Source: Malacoraja senta
Lineage: Eukaryota
DNA: 64,000 bases
Assembly: GCA_038087875.1 (NCBI GenBank)
Contig: CM075983.1
Span: 22,444,001-22,508,000, forward strand
Direction: 5' to 3'
Shown: one piece after another, positions 37,133 to 49,973 of the stretch
Position numbering within the stretch: the stretch's first letter is position 1
Layout of the letters: the number at the start of each line of letters is the position of its first letter
The notes under the pieces: model-generated
What the model was told of the DNA's origin: nothing
The model's database searches: none
What the model saw: the letters and a program-made list of their open reading frames with translations, nothing else
Made by a program: the position numbers and the translations under genes

Positions 37133-37594
37133 CTGTCCAGTTCACCCAAATGTTTCAATCCCAATCTAATGCTCAAAAATTGTTTCTGAATCGTGCAGCT
37201 CTCTCATAGAAAGACTATCTCTTAATAACAAAGTCGGCTCAAATTGAACATTATTTAAAAGGTCATGTGTACCACCATTTAGTTACAGTCACAGTTTTGC
37301 ACAATTTTTTGCCAAACAAACTAGTACACTGAGACAGACTGGGATCCCAATCACTCTACTCCCCAATGATTTATCAGGATTTCTGTCAAAAACATTATTT
37401 ACGATGTAGCTTCAATGGAGATAAAGTTCCTGCAAAGTTCCTGAGGCAAGTGATCTGAGATAAGATGGGACTAAATTTGATTATGAGAATAGTGCAGTCA
37501 CGTGGTTGCTAGGCAAATTTCAAACACCTAATGGTGGTACTGTTGCTAGCTGAGAAAAGCTGGTAAAACAATTAACAGGTTTTCACCACCACTT

Positions 37595-38040
37595 AGAATC
37601 ATAGAGTCATACAGCATGGAAATCAATCCTTCGGCCAACTCGTACATGCCAATCAAGATTGTCCCATTTGCCCTTGTTTGACCCATATCCCACTAACCTT
37701 ATGTTGGAAGGAACTGCAGATTCTGGTTTATACCGAAGATAGACATAAAAGCGCTGAGTGGCTCAGGCAGCACCTGAGAAAAGGATGGATGGCGTTTCGG
37801 GTCGGAACCCTTCTTCCCACTGAAGATTCAGATGAGTCTGAAGAAGTGTTCTGATGTGAAATGTCACCCATCCTTTTTCTCCAGTGATGCTGCCTGACCT
37901 GCTGAGTTACTCCAGCATTTTTGTGTCCATCTTCCCTCTAAACCTTTCCTACCCATGCACCTGTCCAAATGTCTTTAAAATATTTTATTTTATCTACCTC
38001 AACTACTTTCTCTGGCAACTCATTCCACAAATGTACCACT
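37595..38040 (-). mobile_element. CR1 3' end with nested Penelope hairpin element (about 37703-37933)
   Basis: atcatagagtcatacagc tail; inverted Penelope tails inside. Confidence 0.75.
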
Positions 38041-38559
38041 CTACATGCAGCATGAATATAATTTAAACATTCGTGAATGCAGGACATATTGGGATCCAGA
38101 TTCCCAGATGCTTCATCATACCTTGGAAATCCTGTCAGCAAGCTCTTGACCCTCCTGCTTCATACTTATTTTTTTGTGCTCAATCATGCTGGCTCAGTCA
38201 CACTGCTTCAGCTCGGTGACTGTAGGCTGGAGTTTGTCAAGGCAGGACTAGCACCTAATTCATGCTTTTTCTGACACATCCCTGGAATGAAAAGACAAAG
38301 AAAAAGTGGAGGAGGTTTCTGAGGAGCTGAGATTGATTTTCAGTAGAATGAATGCATCGGGATTTGGGATAAATATTTACTGTGGAGTGAAATTGCTGCA
38401 GTTAGTTTGCGAAGGAAGAGAAACAGGATGTTAATGATATGTAGAAACAAGGAACCGCAGATGCTGGTTTACAAAAAAGACGCAAAGTGCTGGAGTAACT
38501 CAGCGGTTCAGGCAGCATCTCTGGAGAACACCAGGGATGGTGTTCAAGTGACGTGGGTC

Positions 38560-39268
38560 TCCAGACCTAGGGTAAGACCTTGGGGAATGTTGTAGAACAA
38601 AGAAACTTGGAACATAGGTATAAAGTGGACTGAAAGTGGCTCACAGGTAGATAGGATAGTGAAGAAGGCTTTTGGCATAGCTGGTCTTCATTAGTCAGGG
38701 AATTGAGTATGGATAGTCGGGATGTTATATTGCAATTATTACAAGATATTGGCGAGACTGCACTTGGAGTACTGTATTCATTCTTGGTCATCAGGGTATA
38801 CGAAAGATGCCATTAAGCTGGAAAGATTGCAGAGAATATTGACAAGGATATTGCCAGAGTGTGAACTACAGGGAGAGATTGGGTAGGCTAGGATTTTATT
38901 CCTTGGAGCGCAAGAGGCAGAGACGTAATCGTACAGAGGTGTCTAAAATCATGGTAATAGGTAGGGTGAATGGTAGGGGAATCAAGAACTGGAGTGCATA
39001 GGTTTAAGATGGAAAGGGAAAGATTTAATTAGAACAGAGGAGCGACTTTTTCACAGAGGGTGGTATGTATATGGAACAAGCTGCCAGAGGAAGTAATTAA
39101 GGCAGGTATAATAACAATATTTAAAAGACATTTGGACACTTACATGGATATTAAAGGTTTAGAACGAATAGGGCCAGGTGCGGACAAGTAAGACTTGGAT
39201 GGGACATCTTGGTCGGCATGGATGAGTTTGGCCGAAGGGCCTTTCTCCATGTTGTATGTCTCTATGAC
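38560..39268 (+). mobile_element. CR1 3' part (preceded by a Penelope-tail fragment at 38440-38530)
   Basis: LYKILARLHLEY..KLERLQRILTRIL; 3' tail ggccgaagggcc...tctatgact. Confidence 0.85.
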
Positions 39269-40485
39269 TTCATTTCAGAATCCTTTTTACAGGAAGTGAC
39301 AAATTGGAGATTTGGAGATAGTTATAAGCTGCTTTTTTTTTAAATGGAAGAAGAATGTATTGATCTTCACGTTCATGAACCCTATAAAAAACATCTGTCA
39401 GTGAGTAACCAGAATGCTTACACCAATGGTTGGAGGTGATTTATGCGATGAAAGTTATATGAGGTAAATATGGTTAATGGAAGGCTGGAATCATGAGACA
39501 CAAATGAAGAGAAGTTGAAGGGGATTTATTGCAGTTCTTGAAATGCTTGAATGATAGCTCTTACCCTTCCCAAAACTGATAAAAAATGTTAAACATTTTT
39601 CTTCACTATTGTTGGAATTTTCATGTTTGCACCAACTGCCTATTACTACTTGCACGTATATGAAGGAACTGCAGATGCTGGTTTACCCTGAAATAGACAC
39701 ATAATGCTGGAATAACTCAGCATTTTGATGTTTCGGGTCAGGACCCTTCTTCAGACTGAGCATCAGGGGAGAGGGAGTTACAGAGATAAGGAAATGTCAA
39801 TTCTACTTGCATAACTGTCCCCACAGGGATCTGTTGCTGCCTCACCCCTGACAGAGCCCCTGACAGTCTGCTGATCTTGTCCATTCACATTGCCAATGTT
39901 GCTGTGGAGAACTTAAGGTTCATTTGCCCACCTGCAGACTTCACATCGTCTTTCTAGAACAAAATGTCAATCCTCTGCATATAAATCTGCTTGGTGCATA
40001 ACCTTCAAATTGGTTCAGGGTTTAAATCTTTTTCTGATATCCTAGAAAGAGAACGTTGGCAATAACTTCTGTTGCTCCTACATTCGTTCACCACTATTAT
40101 TTGTCTGATAGGAACTCTGAAAACTGGGGTCAAATCTCTCTCTTTGTTGGGTAAACGTGACATAATATCTGGCACTTCTGTGTGGCTTGTTAACAGAATA
40201 AAATATTGGCAAGTTAGCGATCATGAGGAAACCTCACAGTGAATCTATCAGTAAAATGCCTCTTGGAAGACTGTGATTGGCGAGGGTGGTGGTAATTTTG
40301 GCTTGAGGTGATGGATAAATTCAGGCTATATTAAATCATATGCCATTTTACCAACTTTCTGATAATCATTGTGGAACATTTGGCTGTGCCGTAAAGGTAG
40401 ATGAGTTGCCGTGCAGAACTGACAACTAAATCTTAATATTTCAGTAATATAGCCTCATACCTTGGGCCAAAGCATTGAGTACAAT

Positions 40486-40581
40486 GAAGTCTGAAGAAGG
40501 GTCTTGACCGAAACATCACCCATTCCTTCTTTCCAGAGATGATGCCTGTCCCGCTGATTACTCCAGCTTTTTGTGTCTATC
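40486..40581 (+). mobile_element. Short Penelope-tail insertion
   Basis: TSD ttgagtacaat at 40475-40485 and 40582-40592. Confidence 0.75.
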
Positions 40582-41679
40582 TTGAGTACAATATTACCCT
40601 TGGATTGTGTGAATTAGACACTGGGAGTAAGTCCTTTAAAAATGCAACATTCATTACTTTTGCTTATTTTTAAATTATGTTGAGTTGCACCTTTATCTTT
40701 TTGAAAACCACTTGAACCACGTTTGTTACAGTAATGGATCTCTAATTTAACAGGTCCTACATCCTTTCAGGTCAGCTGGAGAATTGTGTGGCTGTTTCTC
40801 AGCCTATAGATTGTCTTTCTACGTAAGTGGTACTCCATCACCTTGTGTAAGAATCATTAGCTTTGGTCAGTAAGAGCCCCTGTTTACTGAAGATCTGTTT
40901 TCCTCCATGTTATAGTTATCAGTGTAATTGCAGTAATTGTTAATCAGTCAGTTGCAAAGGGCGGGCAACGCCACAGACTAGACCGACACCAGACTCTTGA
41001 AACAGACACCACTCTGATCTGTGCACAGGCAGGATGTTGCAGGTTAGTCGGAGGAAATAATTGCAAGGTGTTTTGAAAGCTTTCCCTGTAAAAAATGTAA
41101 CATCCTCACTGACACATGGGTATCCCTCGGCCATTACTGCTCAAGCAGAAAGAATGCCACGGTGAACCTTGAGTTCTTTTTGTTAGGAGTAGTTGGAAGC
41201 ATAGAGCAGATAAGGGAAAAAGCTGCTCTATGCAGAACAGAACCTTTCAAACTACCCAACCATCTGGCCCATCAAACACTTGTACCTCACTGTGGAGTCT
41301 CTATAAGTCTTACCTTGACCGTGTCAACCACCTTAGAACCCAGGCAACTGGTGTGGAAGCGAGGCATCAATAACTATACTTAAGGATGAACCTATATTTC
41401 CCTTGCTACCATCAGGGGTCTATTGCCAGGACTCCAAATGACCTACTCATTAATGGCTAAAAAGGGACCAGTGCATAAGAATCAAACTGTGATGCTACAG
41501 ATCAGCAGAACTAGAGTTGAATGGCCAATGCTGCCTTTACTGGCAGGTTTACAGAGAGATTAAGACACTGTCCATGCTTGTCAGAGAGCAGGTATTCTGC
41601 CTGCAGGAGTGCATGGTTTGGCAGGGACTGGCAGGTGACGAAAAGCAAGACTTGCAAAGTCTTCAGTCAGTGCTTCACA

Positions 41680-42070
41680 GATAATAATAATAATAATAGA
41701 TTTTATTTATATAGCGCTTTTCAGGACTCAAAGTCGACGATAGTAGTTCATGAAATGCAGTTACTGTTCAAATGCAGGAAACATGACGTCTAATTTGTAC
41801 TCGGTAAACTCCCACAGACAGCAATTTGATAATTACCAGATCCTTACTTTTCAGTTGTATTTGAGTGATAAATGTTGGGTAGGACACTTGGGAATGACTC
41901 TCCTACTTTTTGTTATAGGGTTATTAGTCCTTAATGTCCACTTGAGAGAGCAGATGGACTAATTTGATTATGTCACATGAAGATAACATCTCAAATATTG
42001 CTGGAAACGTTCAGTGCTGTGGGGGAGTGTCAGTCGAGATTTCTGCGTTGAGATTTCGGAGCAGAAAAAT
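41680..42070 (-). mobile_element. Deu-domain SINE (SacSINE/AmnSINE-like), old
   Basis: tcccacagacagcaat..gataaatgttgg..aggacac..tccacttgagagagcagatgg..gagtgtcag resembles the reversed Deu domain; (AAT)n tail. Confidence 0.6.
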
Positions 42071-42139
42071 GTCTTGGCTCATTTAAAATAATAGAGTTGC
42101 TCCGAAGAGTTGTTGAACCTTTTGTAAGTAAATAAATAA

Positions 42140-42410
42140 AGAGATACAGTGGGGAAACAGGCCCATCGCCCACCGAGTCCACGCCAATCAACGGTCACTG
42201 TACACTAGCACTATTCTACACAGTAAGGACAATTTACAAAGCCAATTAACCTAAAAACCTGTACATCTTTGGATGTGGTTGGAAACCGATCACCGAGGTA
42301 GCCCACGCGGTCACAGGGAGAACATGCAAACTCACTACAGATAGCGCCTGCAGTCAGGATCGAACCGGGTCTCTTGGGCTGTAAGGCAGCATCTCTACGC
42401 TGTGCCACCA
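42140..42410 (-). mobile_element. HE1-type SINE
   Basis: Family match. Confidence 0.82.
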
Positions 42411-43918
42411 TGTTTTGTTTTGGTTTCATGTTTTTGGAATAAGAAATTGATCTATTTTAGTAATTGATCCACTTTAGAATAATTGACTAGTAATTCTAAT
42501 GAAAGTATAAGAACATAAAGAAATACAGACAGGAGTAGGCCACGTCCCCTCATACCTAATTTGTTTTCAGAGAGATTATGGCTGATCTTTTACCTTATGT
42601 GCCACTGCCCTGCACTGACCCCATGCTCTTGATCTCATTAATATCCAAAAATCTCACAATCCCTGCCTTGAATATAGTCAGTAACATGGCATTCACAGTT
42701 GCAAGGAGAATTGCAAAGAATTGTTATCTCTGGGAGAAACAAATTCTACTCATTTCAGTCCTGAAAGGCTGGCCCCTTATTTTGAAGCCCAGTCAAGGAA
42801 AAGAAAATATCCCTGCAGTTATCCTGTAACACCCTTTAAGAATTTTACATGTTTCAGTTAGTTAATCGCATGCTTCTGAATTCAAGACAGTTGCAGATCC
42901 AGTCTGCCTAATCATTTTTACAAGGCAGTTCCCCTATCTCAGAAATCAATTTGGTGAAGCCCTCATAACACACTCCCTAATACATCTTGCCTACATAGGG
43001 AGACCTGCATGCATTATTCAGGTAATATCATGCTGGAAACTTGTACCAAATTCCCTATTTTGAGATATGGAATAAAAATCACTCACATGGAATATCGGGG
43101 GGGAAAAAAGTAAATTAATAAACACCATTTTTTTCAATTCGCATTTCTTGACGCATTCACAGATGATGTGGTTTTGCATTATGGAAAATACATCTTCCAG
43201 GAATGCACACCTGCTCCGTAATGTGGGGTCACCTGCATAATTGCAATAAGACATCTGCATTTGCACACAAATCCTTTTGCAAGAAAGGCCACACATTGTT
43301 TGGAGAAACTATCAATTTGAAGAAGGCTCCAAACCTGGACCGCTCCTGTCCATGTTCTCTAGAGATGCTGCCTGACTTGCTGAGTTACTCCAGCACTTTG
43401 TGTCTTTTTTTCCAACATATTGTTGGACTTTCCAGTTGCTTGATGTACCTGATTTGTTCACAAGGACTAAGTGGTCCCTCTGAACATCAACATCCATCAG
43501 TTTCTTGCCATTTTAAAAAATGTAGGTTTACTGGCTGACCAGAGTTGATGGCTTTACATTTTTCCACATTATGTTCCAGCGAACATGGCCTTGCCTATTC
43601 ACTTTGCCTTTCTATGTCGCCTTGAAAATTATTTAATCTTCCTCACAATCCACACTGCCACTCAACTTAGTAACAATAGCAAAGTTGGTTATGTGTCAAG
43701 TAGTCCCCATTTCCAAATCATGTTATGGATCATGAACATCTCAAGCCCAGCACTAGCCCTGCAGTGCCGCTTGTCACAGCCTCCCAGCCCAATAATGAAT
43801 GAATTATTTCTGCTCTCAGTTTCCTGTACGTTAACCAATCCTCAATCAATAATAGTATATTACTTTCAAAGCTTCTTGTGTGGCACCTTATCTAATGTCA
43901 TCTGGAAACCCAAATATA

Positions 43919-44260
43919 CGCAATGGTAGAGTTGCTGCCTTACAGCACTTGCAGCGCCAGAGACCCAGGATCGATCCTGATTACCGGTGTTGTCTCTATG
44001 GAGTTTGTGTGTTCTTCCCGTGACCCACGTGGGTTTTCTCCGAGAACTTTGGTTTCCTCCCACACCCCACAGACGTACAGGTTTGTAGGTTAATTGGCTT
44101 GGGTAAAAATTGACCATAGTATAAGATAGTGTTAATCTGCGGGGATCGCTGGTCGGTGAGGACATGGTGGGCCGAAGGGCTGTATCTCTAAACTATATCT
44201 CTAAACTAAACTGTATCTCTAAACTAAACATGCTGTATCTCTAAATTAAACTAAACTAAA
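43919..44260 (+). mobile_element. HE1-type SINE with multiply duplicated tail, inserted into an old minus-strand CR1 (about 42505-44350)
   Basis: Family match; tatctctaaa(c/t)ta is repeated four times at the 3' end. Confidence 0.85.
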
Positions 44261-44358
44261 TTATTTGTCTTAGCTACAACCTCAAAAAGCTGTAACAGAT
44301 TTGACAGAGCGATTTTCACAAATCATTATTAACACTGCCCATTCCATTTCATGTTTTC

Positions 44359-44558
44359 NNNNNNNNNNNNNNNNNNNNNNNNNNNNNNNNNNNNNNNNNN
44401 NNNNNNNNNNNNNNNNNNNNNNNNNNNNNNNNNNNNNNNNNNNNNNNNNNNNNNNNNNNNNNNNNNNNNNNNNNNNNNNNNNNNNNNNNNNNNNNNNNNN
44501 NNNNNNNNNNNNNNNNNNNNNNNNNNNNNNNNNNNNNNNNNNNNNNNNNNNNNNNNNN
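44359..44558. other. Assembly gap (200 N)
   Basis: Read directly from the sequence. Confidence 1.
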
Positions 44559-45413
44559 GATTGGAACTCCATATAGACCAAGACCTGGGAAGAGTGATAT
44601 GCCTCTTTCCCTCAAATAATCTAAAGAACTGATTCAGTTTTACAGAACAATCCAACGGGTTTATTGATTAATGAGTGGATATTGGGATAAAACACAACTG
44701 TGATTCTAGTGTCCCCCTTTGCCTATTTAACCAACTGCTATAATACATGAAAACCACTTGGTTGACTGGCATACCTGTGGAACTATATCACACCAGAGGT
44801 TAATACTTCCAGAAGAGGAAAGGTAATTGAAGAGGAAATTAAAAATAATAAAATGTCATTCAAAAAGTGTAAAGTACGTTCTATCAGTAGAACATTCAAA
44901 TGATTTAATTGAATTTTCTTGAATTCTAGTATCTTGAATTCTAATTCTGCAATTTTAGTATCATAACAACCAGGGTAATAAAGCAATGAAGATGGTATAA
45001 AACAACCTGTTTGATTTGCTCTTCAAATAAGTATATTACCTATATATGCAAAGAGCATGAGAACAGTGCATTTAAAATAATAGACTGAATATTTTTACAT
45101 TATTGAAGCCAGGTGTATTCTGCAAATTGGGTGTGATAGAACAAAGAGAATATCCTTGATAGGGTGAATCAAAATGAGTTAATGTTACAGGTAGAATCAA
45201 TTAATATTTCCTTGTCCTGTGTTGCTAATAGCAGGTGTGTGACTAACTGTAGAGACTAACAGGCCAGTCTCTACTAGTAGAAAGAGATATACTGAGAAAG
45301 TCACTGATGGATAAGGAACAGAAATAGCTAGTTCTGATACAGATGTAAAGATAGGGTGAGTTGTTTAAATTTGATGAAGTTGATGCTGAGTTTAGAAGTC
45401 CAGACAGAAGATG

Positions 45414-45730
45414 AGCAGCACAGTGGTGCAGCCAGTAGAAGGACTGCCTCACTGTGCCAAATACCCAGGTGCAGTCCTGACCCTCTGGTGCTGTCAGTGT
45501 GGAATGTGCCCATTCTCCCCTATTGCTGCATGGGTTTATCCCAAGTGCACCAGTTTTCTTGCACATCCTAAAGACGTGGGTTGGTAGGTTAATTGGGACC
45601 AGTGATAGTTGAATCTGGGGGAAGTTGGTGAGAGTGGGGGAGAATAGAATGAATTTAGTATAAAACCATGTTTGATGGTTAGTTAGTGTACTTGGTGGGC
45701 CTAAGGGTCTGTTTCTGCGCTCTTAACCCT
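45414..45730 (+). mobile_element. Older HE1-like SINE
   Basis: Diverged head (gcagcacagtggtgcag) and tail (ggtgggcctaagggtctgtttc). Confidence 0.65.
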
Positions 45731-46659
45731 CTTTGTCTTTGAAATGTTGTTCTTCAAGCTTGCTTTGGGCCTTGTTATAACAGTACTACATATAGGTCAG
45801 AGTGAAAGTGGAATGGAGAATTAAAATGGCAGGCAGCTGGAAGATCAGCTTAATAAAATCGAGTGGCGTGCCTAAGCCACTCGAGAGGGCAGATATGAGA
45901 AAACCCATGATGGGATTGGAGACAGAAAATGGCCAGACTAGGTGAAAATGCAAGTTCCTTCCCTTCATGACTTTATTGAACTAGCTGGGTTTGTGACTGT
46001 CCAACAGCTTCGTGTTCACTAGAGATAGGGAATATTTGAATTATTTTATACAGTGCAGATTATCCCAGGCAGAAATATGAAGTGGGAAATCGTATTTCCA
46101 TTCGTGCTGATTTTTAATTAAAATCAGCGTCACGGAATGTCACCATCAGAGGCTTATTTACTTTGCTGCCTGCTAGAAGCCAGAGGAGAGAGGTTTTCGT
46201 AATCTGGGACATCGTGACTGAAAAAGTGCAGAAAGCAAGTTCCAGAGTTAATAGCATGTGTGCTGCCTTACTCCAGTAACTGCACTATATAATCGACAGT
46301 GACAGAGCAGGTTCAGTAATGTGACAGAAGGCAAAGGAAAGCTGAAGTCATCACAATTCTCGCAGCCGTATCAGAACAAGTAATCTAATGAGTTGAAAGG
46401 GGCAAAGTTTAGAAGGTAGAACTTATCTGTTAACAAGAAAAGAACAACAGAGGACTTATTATGTTTCAGAAGTTCCAAAAGAGACCACCAAATAGTGAAA
46501 AGTAGATAAAACAGCAACTCAGTCAGGAAATTGAAGGAAGGTGGAAGAATTTTAATGATAATAGAAATCATTTATCAGCCGTGGAATGGGAAAATAACAG
46601 GATAAAAGACAGTTGGAAGAATTCTTGAACTGTATTCAAGAGACTGTTCTTGATAGATA

Positions 46660-46831
46660 CAATGCCCCCCATAATGTTTGGGACAAAGAGCCATCATTTA
46701 TTTATTTGCCTCTGTATTCCACAATTTGAGATTTGTAATGGAAAAATCACATTTGGTTAAAGTGCACATTGTCAGATTTTAATAAAGGGTATTTTTATGC
46801 ATTTTGATTTCACCATGTAGAAATTACTCAG
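46660..46831 (+). mobile_element. Tc1/mariner terminal fragment (single TIR end)
   Basis: TA followed by CAATGCCCCCCATAATGTTTGGGACAAA, a Tc1-like TA|CAGTGCC..ATAATGTTTGGGAC terminus. Confidence 0.6.
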
Positions 46832-46842
46832 TTATTAAAATG

Positions 46843-46944
46843 TCACTTATTCCTTTTCTCCCAAGATGCTGCCTGTCCTGCTGAGTTACTCCAGCACGTT
46901 GTGTCTACCTTTGGTGTAAACCAGCATCTGCAGTTCCTTCCTAC
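46843..46944 (+). mobile_element. Penelope 3' tail fragment
   Basis: gatgctgcctgtcctgctgagttactccagc...agcatctgcagttccttcctaca. Confidence 0.7.
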
Positions 46945-48451
46945 AGAGCGACGCCTGTCCACGGGTAAAGGCGAGGTGGCGAGTTGAGGGATGGGGAGAG
47001 GGATGGGGAAAGAGGAACTCGTTATCGCGGCTTCATTGCAGATCCCGGACACCCCGTCTCCGCAAGAACTCCCGCACTCCCCGGCACTAGGACAATCCCT
47101 CCACCCCCTCCCCCCCCCCACCTCCCATCCCCCTGCTTGGATCAGTTTCCCCTCTCACCCACCACTGCAATGGACAAGACATAAGAGCAAGGATAAGGCG
47201 CGTTTGTAATCCAGCTAATTGTTGGTTATGTTTGAATGAAAGGCTACTCCTGTATTTAGAGGGTGGAGTTAGAGTTTGTGATCGGTGCTTATGGATGTCA
47301 AATGCTTCAATCACATTTGCAGTTTTTTGTGCTCAATAAACAGGAGAGAGGCCGTTCACCCGACGTTAACCGTTCCCTCATTCCATGAGCTTCAAAAGGC
47401 TTCCTTGATTCTCTGTCTCTTATATTTTTAAAGAGTTGTTTTTATTGCGCGTCACTAAGTGGCCGCTGTACAGAATATGTCTCTTGCGACTGGGGGACAT
47501 TGCCCGCCTCTGCAACCAATGTGCAAACCCGGCACTCCCCCGTGGAATGTTAAACTGAACACATCTGTGAGCAAAACACAAACACGCCCCACTTCTCTCT
47601 CCCCCACCTCTCACTGTTTCTCCACCTGGCCAGTCTCTCCCCCTGTCTCCCATTTGCATCTGCCCCCTCTCTCTCACTGTTACACCCCGCTCTCCCGCTA
47701 CCTGGCACCCCCGTTCACTTTTTTTTTTCTCAAATGAACTTTGACAAATTTCATGATTCTTTGCGTTTTTCAGAATACCAAACTCGCTGATTAAAATTGT
47801 ATTGGGGTGAGAATAGGAAGAATATCCAATAGTCTGGAAAATCTGCCAGGCGGTTCTCATCGAAATCCCCAGGGTGCTAGACTATCGGAGTTATAACATA
47901 TTACGTTTCAGCACATAAAGTGCTTTGCTAACTTCCTGAGGGGTTTATTCTTCTATCACACTTTATGTACTGAGTTTCAAACACCTGAAAGAATTTGTGA
48001 AAAAAATGTCTTTCCACCTCTTCTTCACCAATTAGTACAAATGATGTTCCCCAGTGATTGACCTATCCACTGACTGAAATTATCCCTCCCTATTGACCAT
48101 CATTTTGATACCACTGGTTCCATCATCTTATACACCTCAATTAAATTTGCCCTTGGCCTCGTCTGTTTCAAAGTAAACAATCCTATCCTCGACACCTTTC
48201 ATTATTACTAAATATCCTTTATATTGATGTAATGTGGCCTTAACACTATGAAATACTCCAGCTGTGGCAGATAGTGCTAGGCTAAGCATATAGTAAGAAA
48301 GTTGTGATTCGGAAACTCTGGTTAATCCAGGCAGATTATTAATTTTTTGGCATTTCAACCGGGCCACCACATTCCTCCCATTCACCTGTTGTAATTATCT
48401 GCTGGAGATGGGGAAATCGCTTTGGAATTCTTCCCCCTTCTGGAAAGAACT

Positions 48452-48586
48452 TTTTCTTGCATATGGTGTGCACAGCCTAAAGTTCTAGGTCAACTTGTTC
48501 TATTTGATCTATTTGTTTGTGCACGTCGGGTTGATTGCATTAGTCGAAACAGGGTGGATCATGTGAAGGTTGCAATCTCCCACCCC
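48452..48586 (-). mobile_element. 135-bp non-autonomous retroposon with an HDV-like ribozyme head (Ingi/Vingi- or RTE-type derivative)
   Basis: Perfect TSD tggaaagaact at 48441-48451 and 48587-48597; A-rich 3' end ccatatgcaagaaaa; 5' 54 nt fold as an HDV-like double pseudoknot. Confidence 0.8.
48533..48586 (-). ncRNA. Minimal HDV-like self-cleaving ribozyme (this copy has a P3 mismatch)
   Basis: P1 GGGGUGG/CCACCCU (G1-U wobble), P2 GAUUGCA/UGCAAUC, P3 ACC/GAU, L3 UUCACAU, vestigial P4 with UUCG, J4/2 CUAA with the catalytic C. Confidence 0.75.
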
Positions 48587-48959
48587 TGGAAAGAACTGCT
48601 CTCCTCTCAGTCACCACCTCCAGAGTAGTCATTTCTTGTGCCGAGCTGTGACTCCAAAGTCAGCAGTCAAAATGCTTTTGACTTTCAGTGCAAACTGCTG
48701 TTAAATGGAGTCCTTCTAAAATTAACAAGATTAATAAATAACACGTATCGCTGGCAGCACTCATAATCAAAGGAAATATACACTCCAGTTTTAAGACTTT
48801 TATCCACATCATCAGGCATGTGTTCTGATTGTATGCTCATTTGGTACACATTCCGTCCTCTCCCACCCTCGTGATTTGCAATTGTGATCAATTCAGTTCC
48901 ATCCAGAAATATTGGCAGAACTTCTTCATTTCCACTAAGTGATAAGAAGTAAGCTAATG

Positions 48960-49262
48960 TAGGCTCCTCTCAGAAGTGCTGCAGTTTTGTTCGGAACGTG
49001 GTCTTTTGGATGAGATGATCACACGCGCTCCCTAATGCCCTTCAAGGGAGATGTAAAAATTGAAGAGGAGCACAGCAGGCTCCGAGCCAACATTTATCCC
49101 TCAAATGATATTGCTCAAACAAATTATCTGTTTATTTATCTTATTGCTGCTGGTGGGATTTTAAGGTACCCACCAGTTTCTCCACTTATTATGCAAAGTA
49201 CTTTATTGTCTGGAAAAAGCTTGAGGATGTCCTGTGCTTGTTAAAGGTGTAATATATAAGTA
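48960..49262 (+). mobile_element. Deu-domain SINE, old
   Basis: gtcttttggatgagatg..gatgtaaaa..gaagaggagca..gccaacatttatccctcaa..ttattgctgctggtgggat. Confidence 0.6.
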
Positions 49263-49285
49263 TATTTCCATCGTTCTAAAATTAA

Positions 49286-49596
49286 GGCGGTACGCTGGCG
49301 TAGTGGTAGAGTTGCAGCCTTACAACACCAGAGACTTGGCTTCGATCCTGATTACGGGTGCTGTCTGTACGGAGTTTGTATGTTCGCCCCATGACCTGCA
49401 TGTGTTTTCTCCAGGAGCTCCGGTTTCCTACCACACTCCAAAGACATACAGGCTTGTAAGTTAATTGACCGATAAAATTGTAAATTGTCCCTAGTGTGTA
49501 TAGGATGGCGTTAATGTGCGGGGATCGCTGGTCAGTGCGGACCTGGTGGGCCGAAGGGTCTGTGTCCGCACTGTATCTCTTAACTAAACTACTAAC
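49286..49596 (+). mobile_element. HE1-type SINE
   Basis: Family match. Confidence 0.87.
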
Positions 49597-49973
49597 AGTG
49601 CTTTACCCACCATCCCCCACCCTCCTATTTCTCCATTTGAGAATAATGAAGGATGTTTGAGATATACTGGCATCTGTTGCTTACTTTTTGGCATGAACTA
49701 TTTAGTAACATTTGTTACTCTGACAGTAGCCCATTATTTTACCAGACTGGTGGAGTTTGTTTCTGGGAGTTTGTGTGTGAAGTGGTCTTTCTTAATATGG
49801 AACAACTTAATATGGATCAACGATCAGCAAATGTCAGGGGAGGGAGGAATTAAGCAGATATAGAAAGACTACTAATTGTCAAATAGTTTACTATCCAAGG
49901 ATGGATGTACAAATGAAGAAATATATTGTTCTTAAATTACATTAATCATGTGCATTATTATCTCATCCAAAAG

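Noticed and set aside
44282-44655. ORFs containing X runs
   Set aside because: Artefacts of the 200-N gap.
47822-47896. Possible tiny Tigger-like MITE (tccaatagtctgg / ctagactatcgga)
   Set aside because: The inverted repeat is too degenerate and no clear TA TSD is present on both sides.
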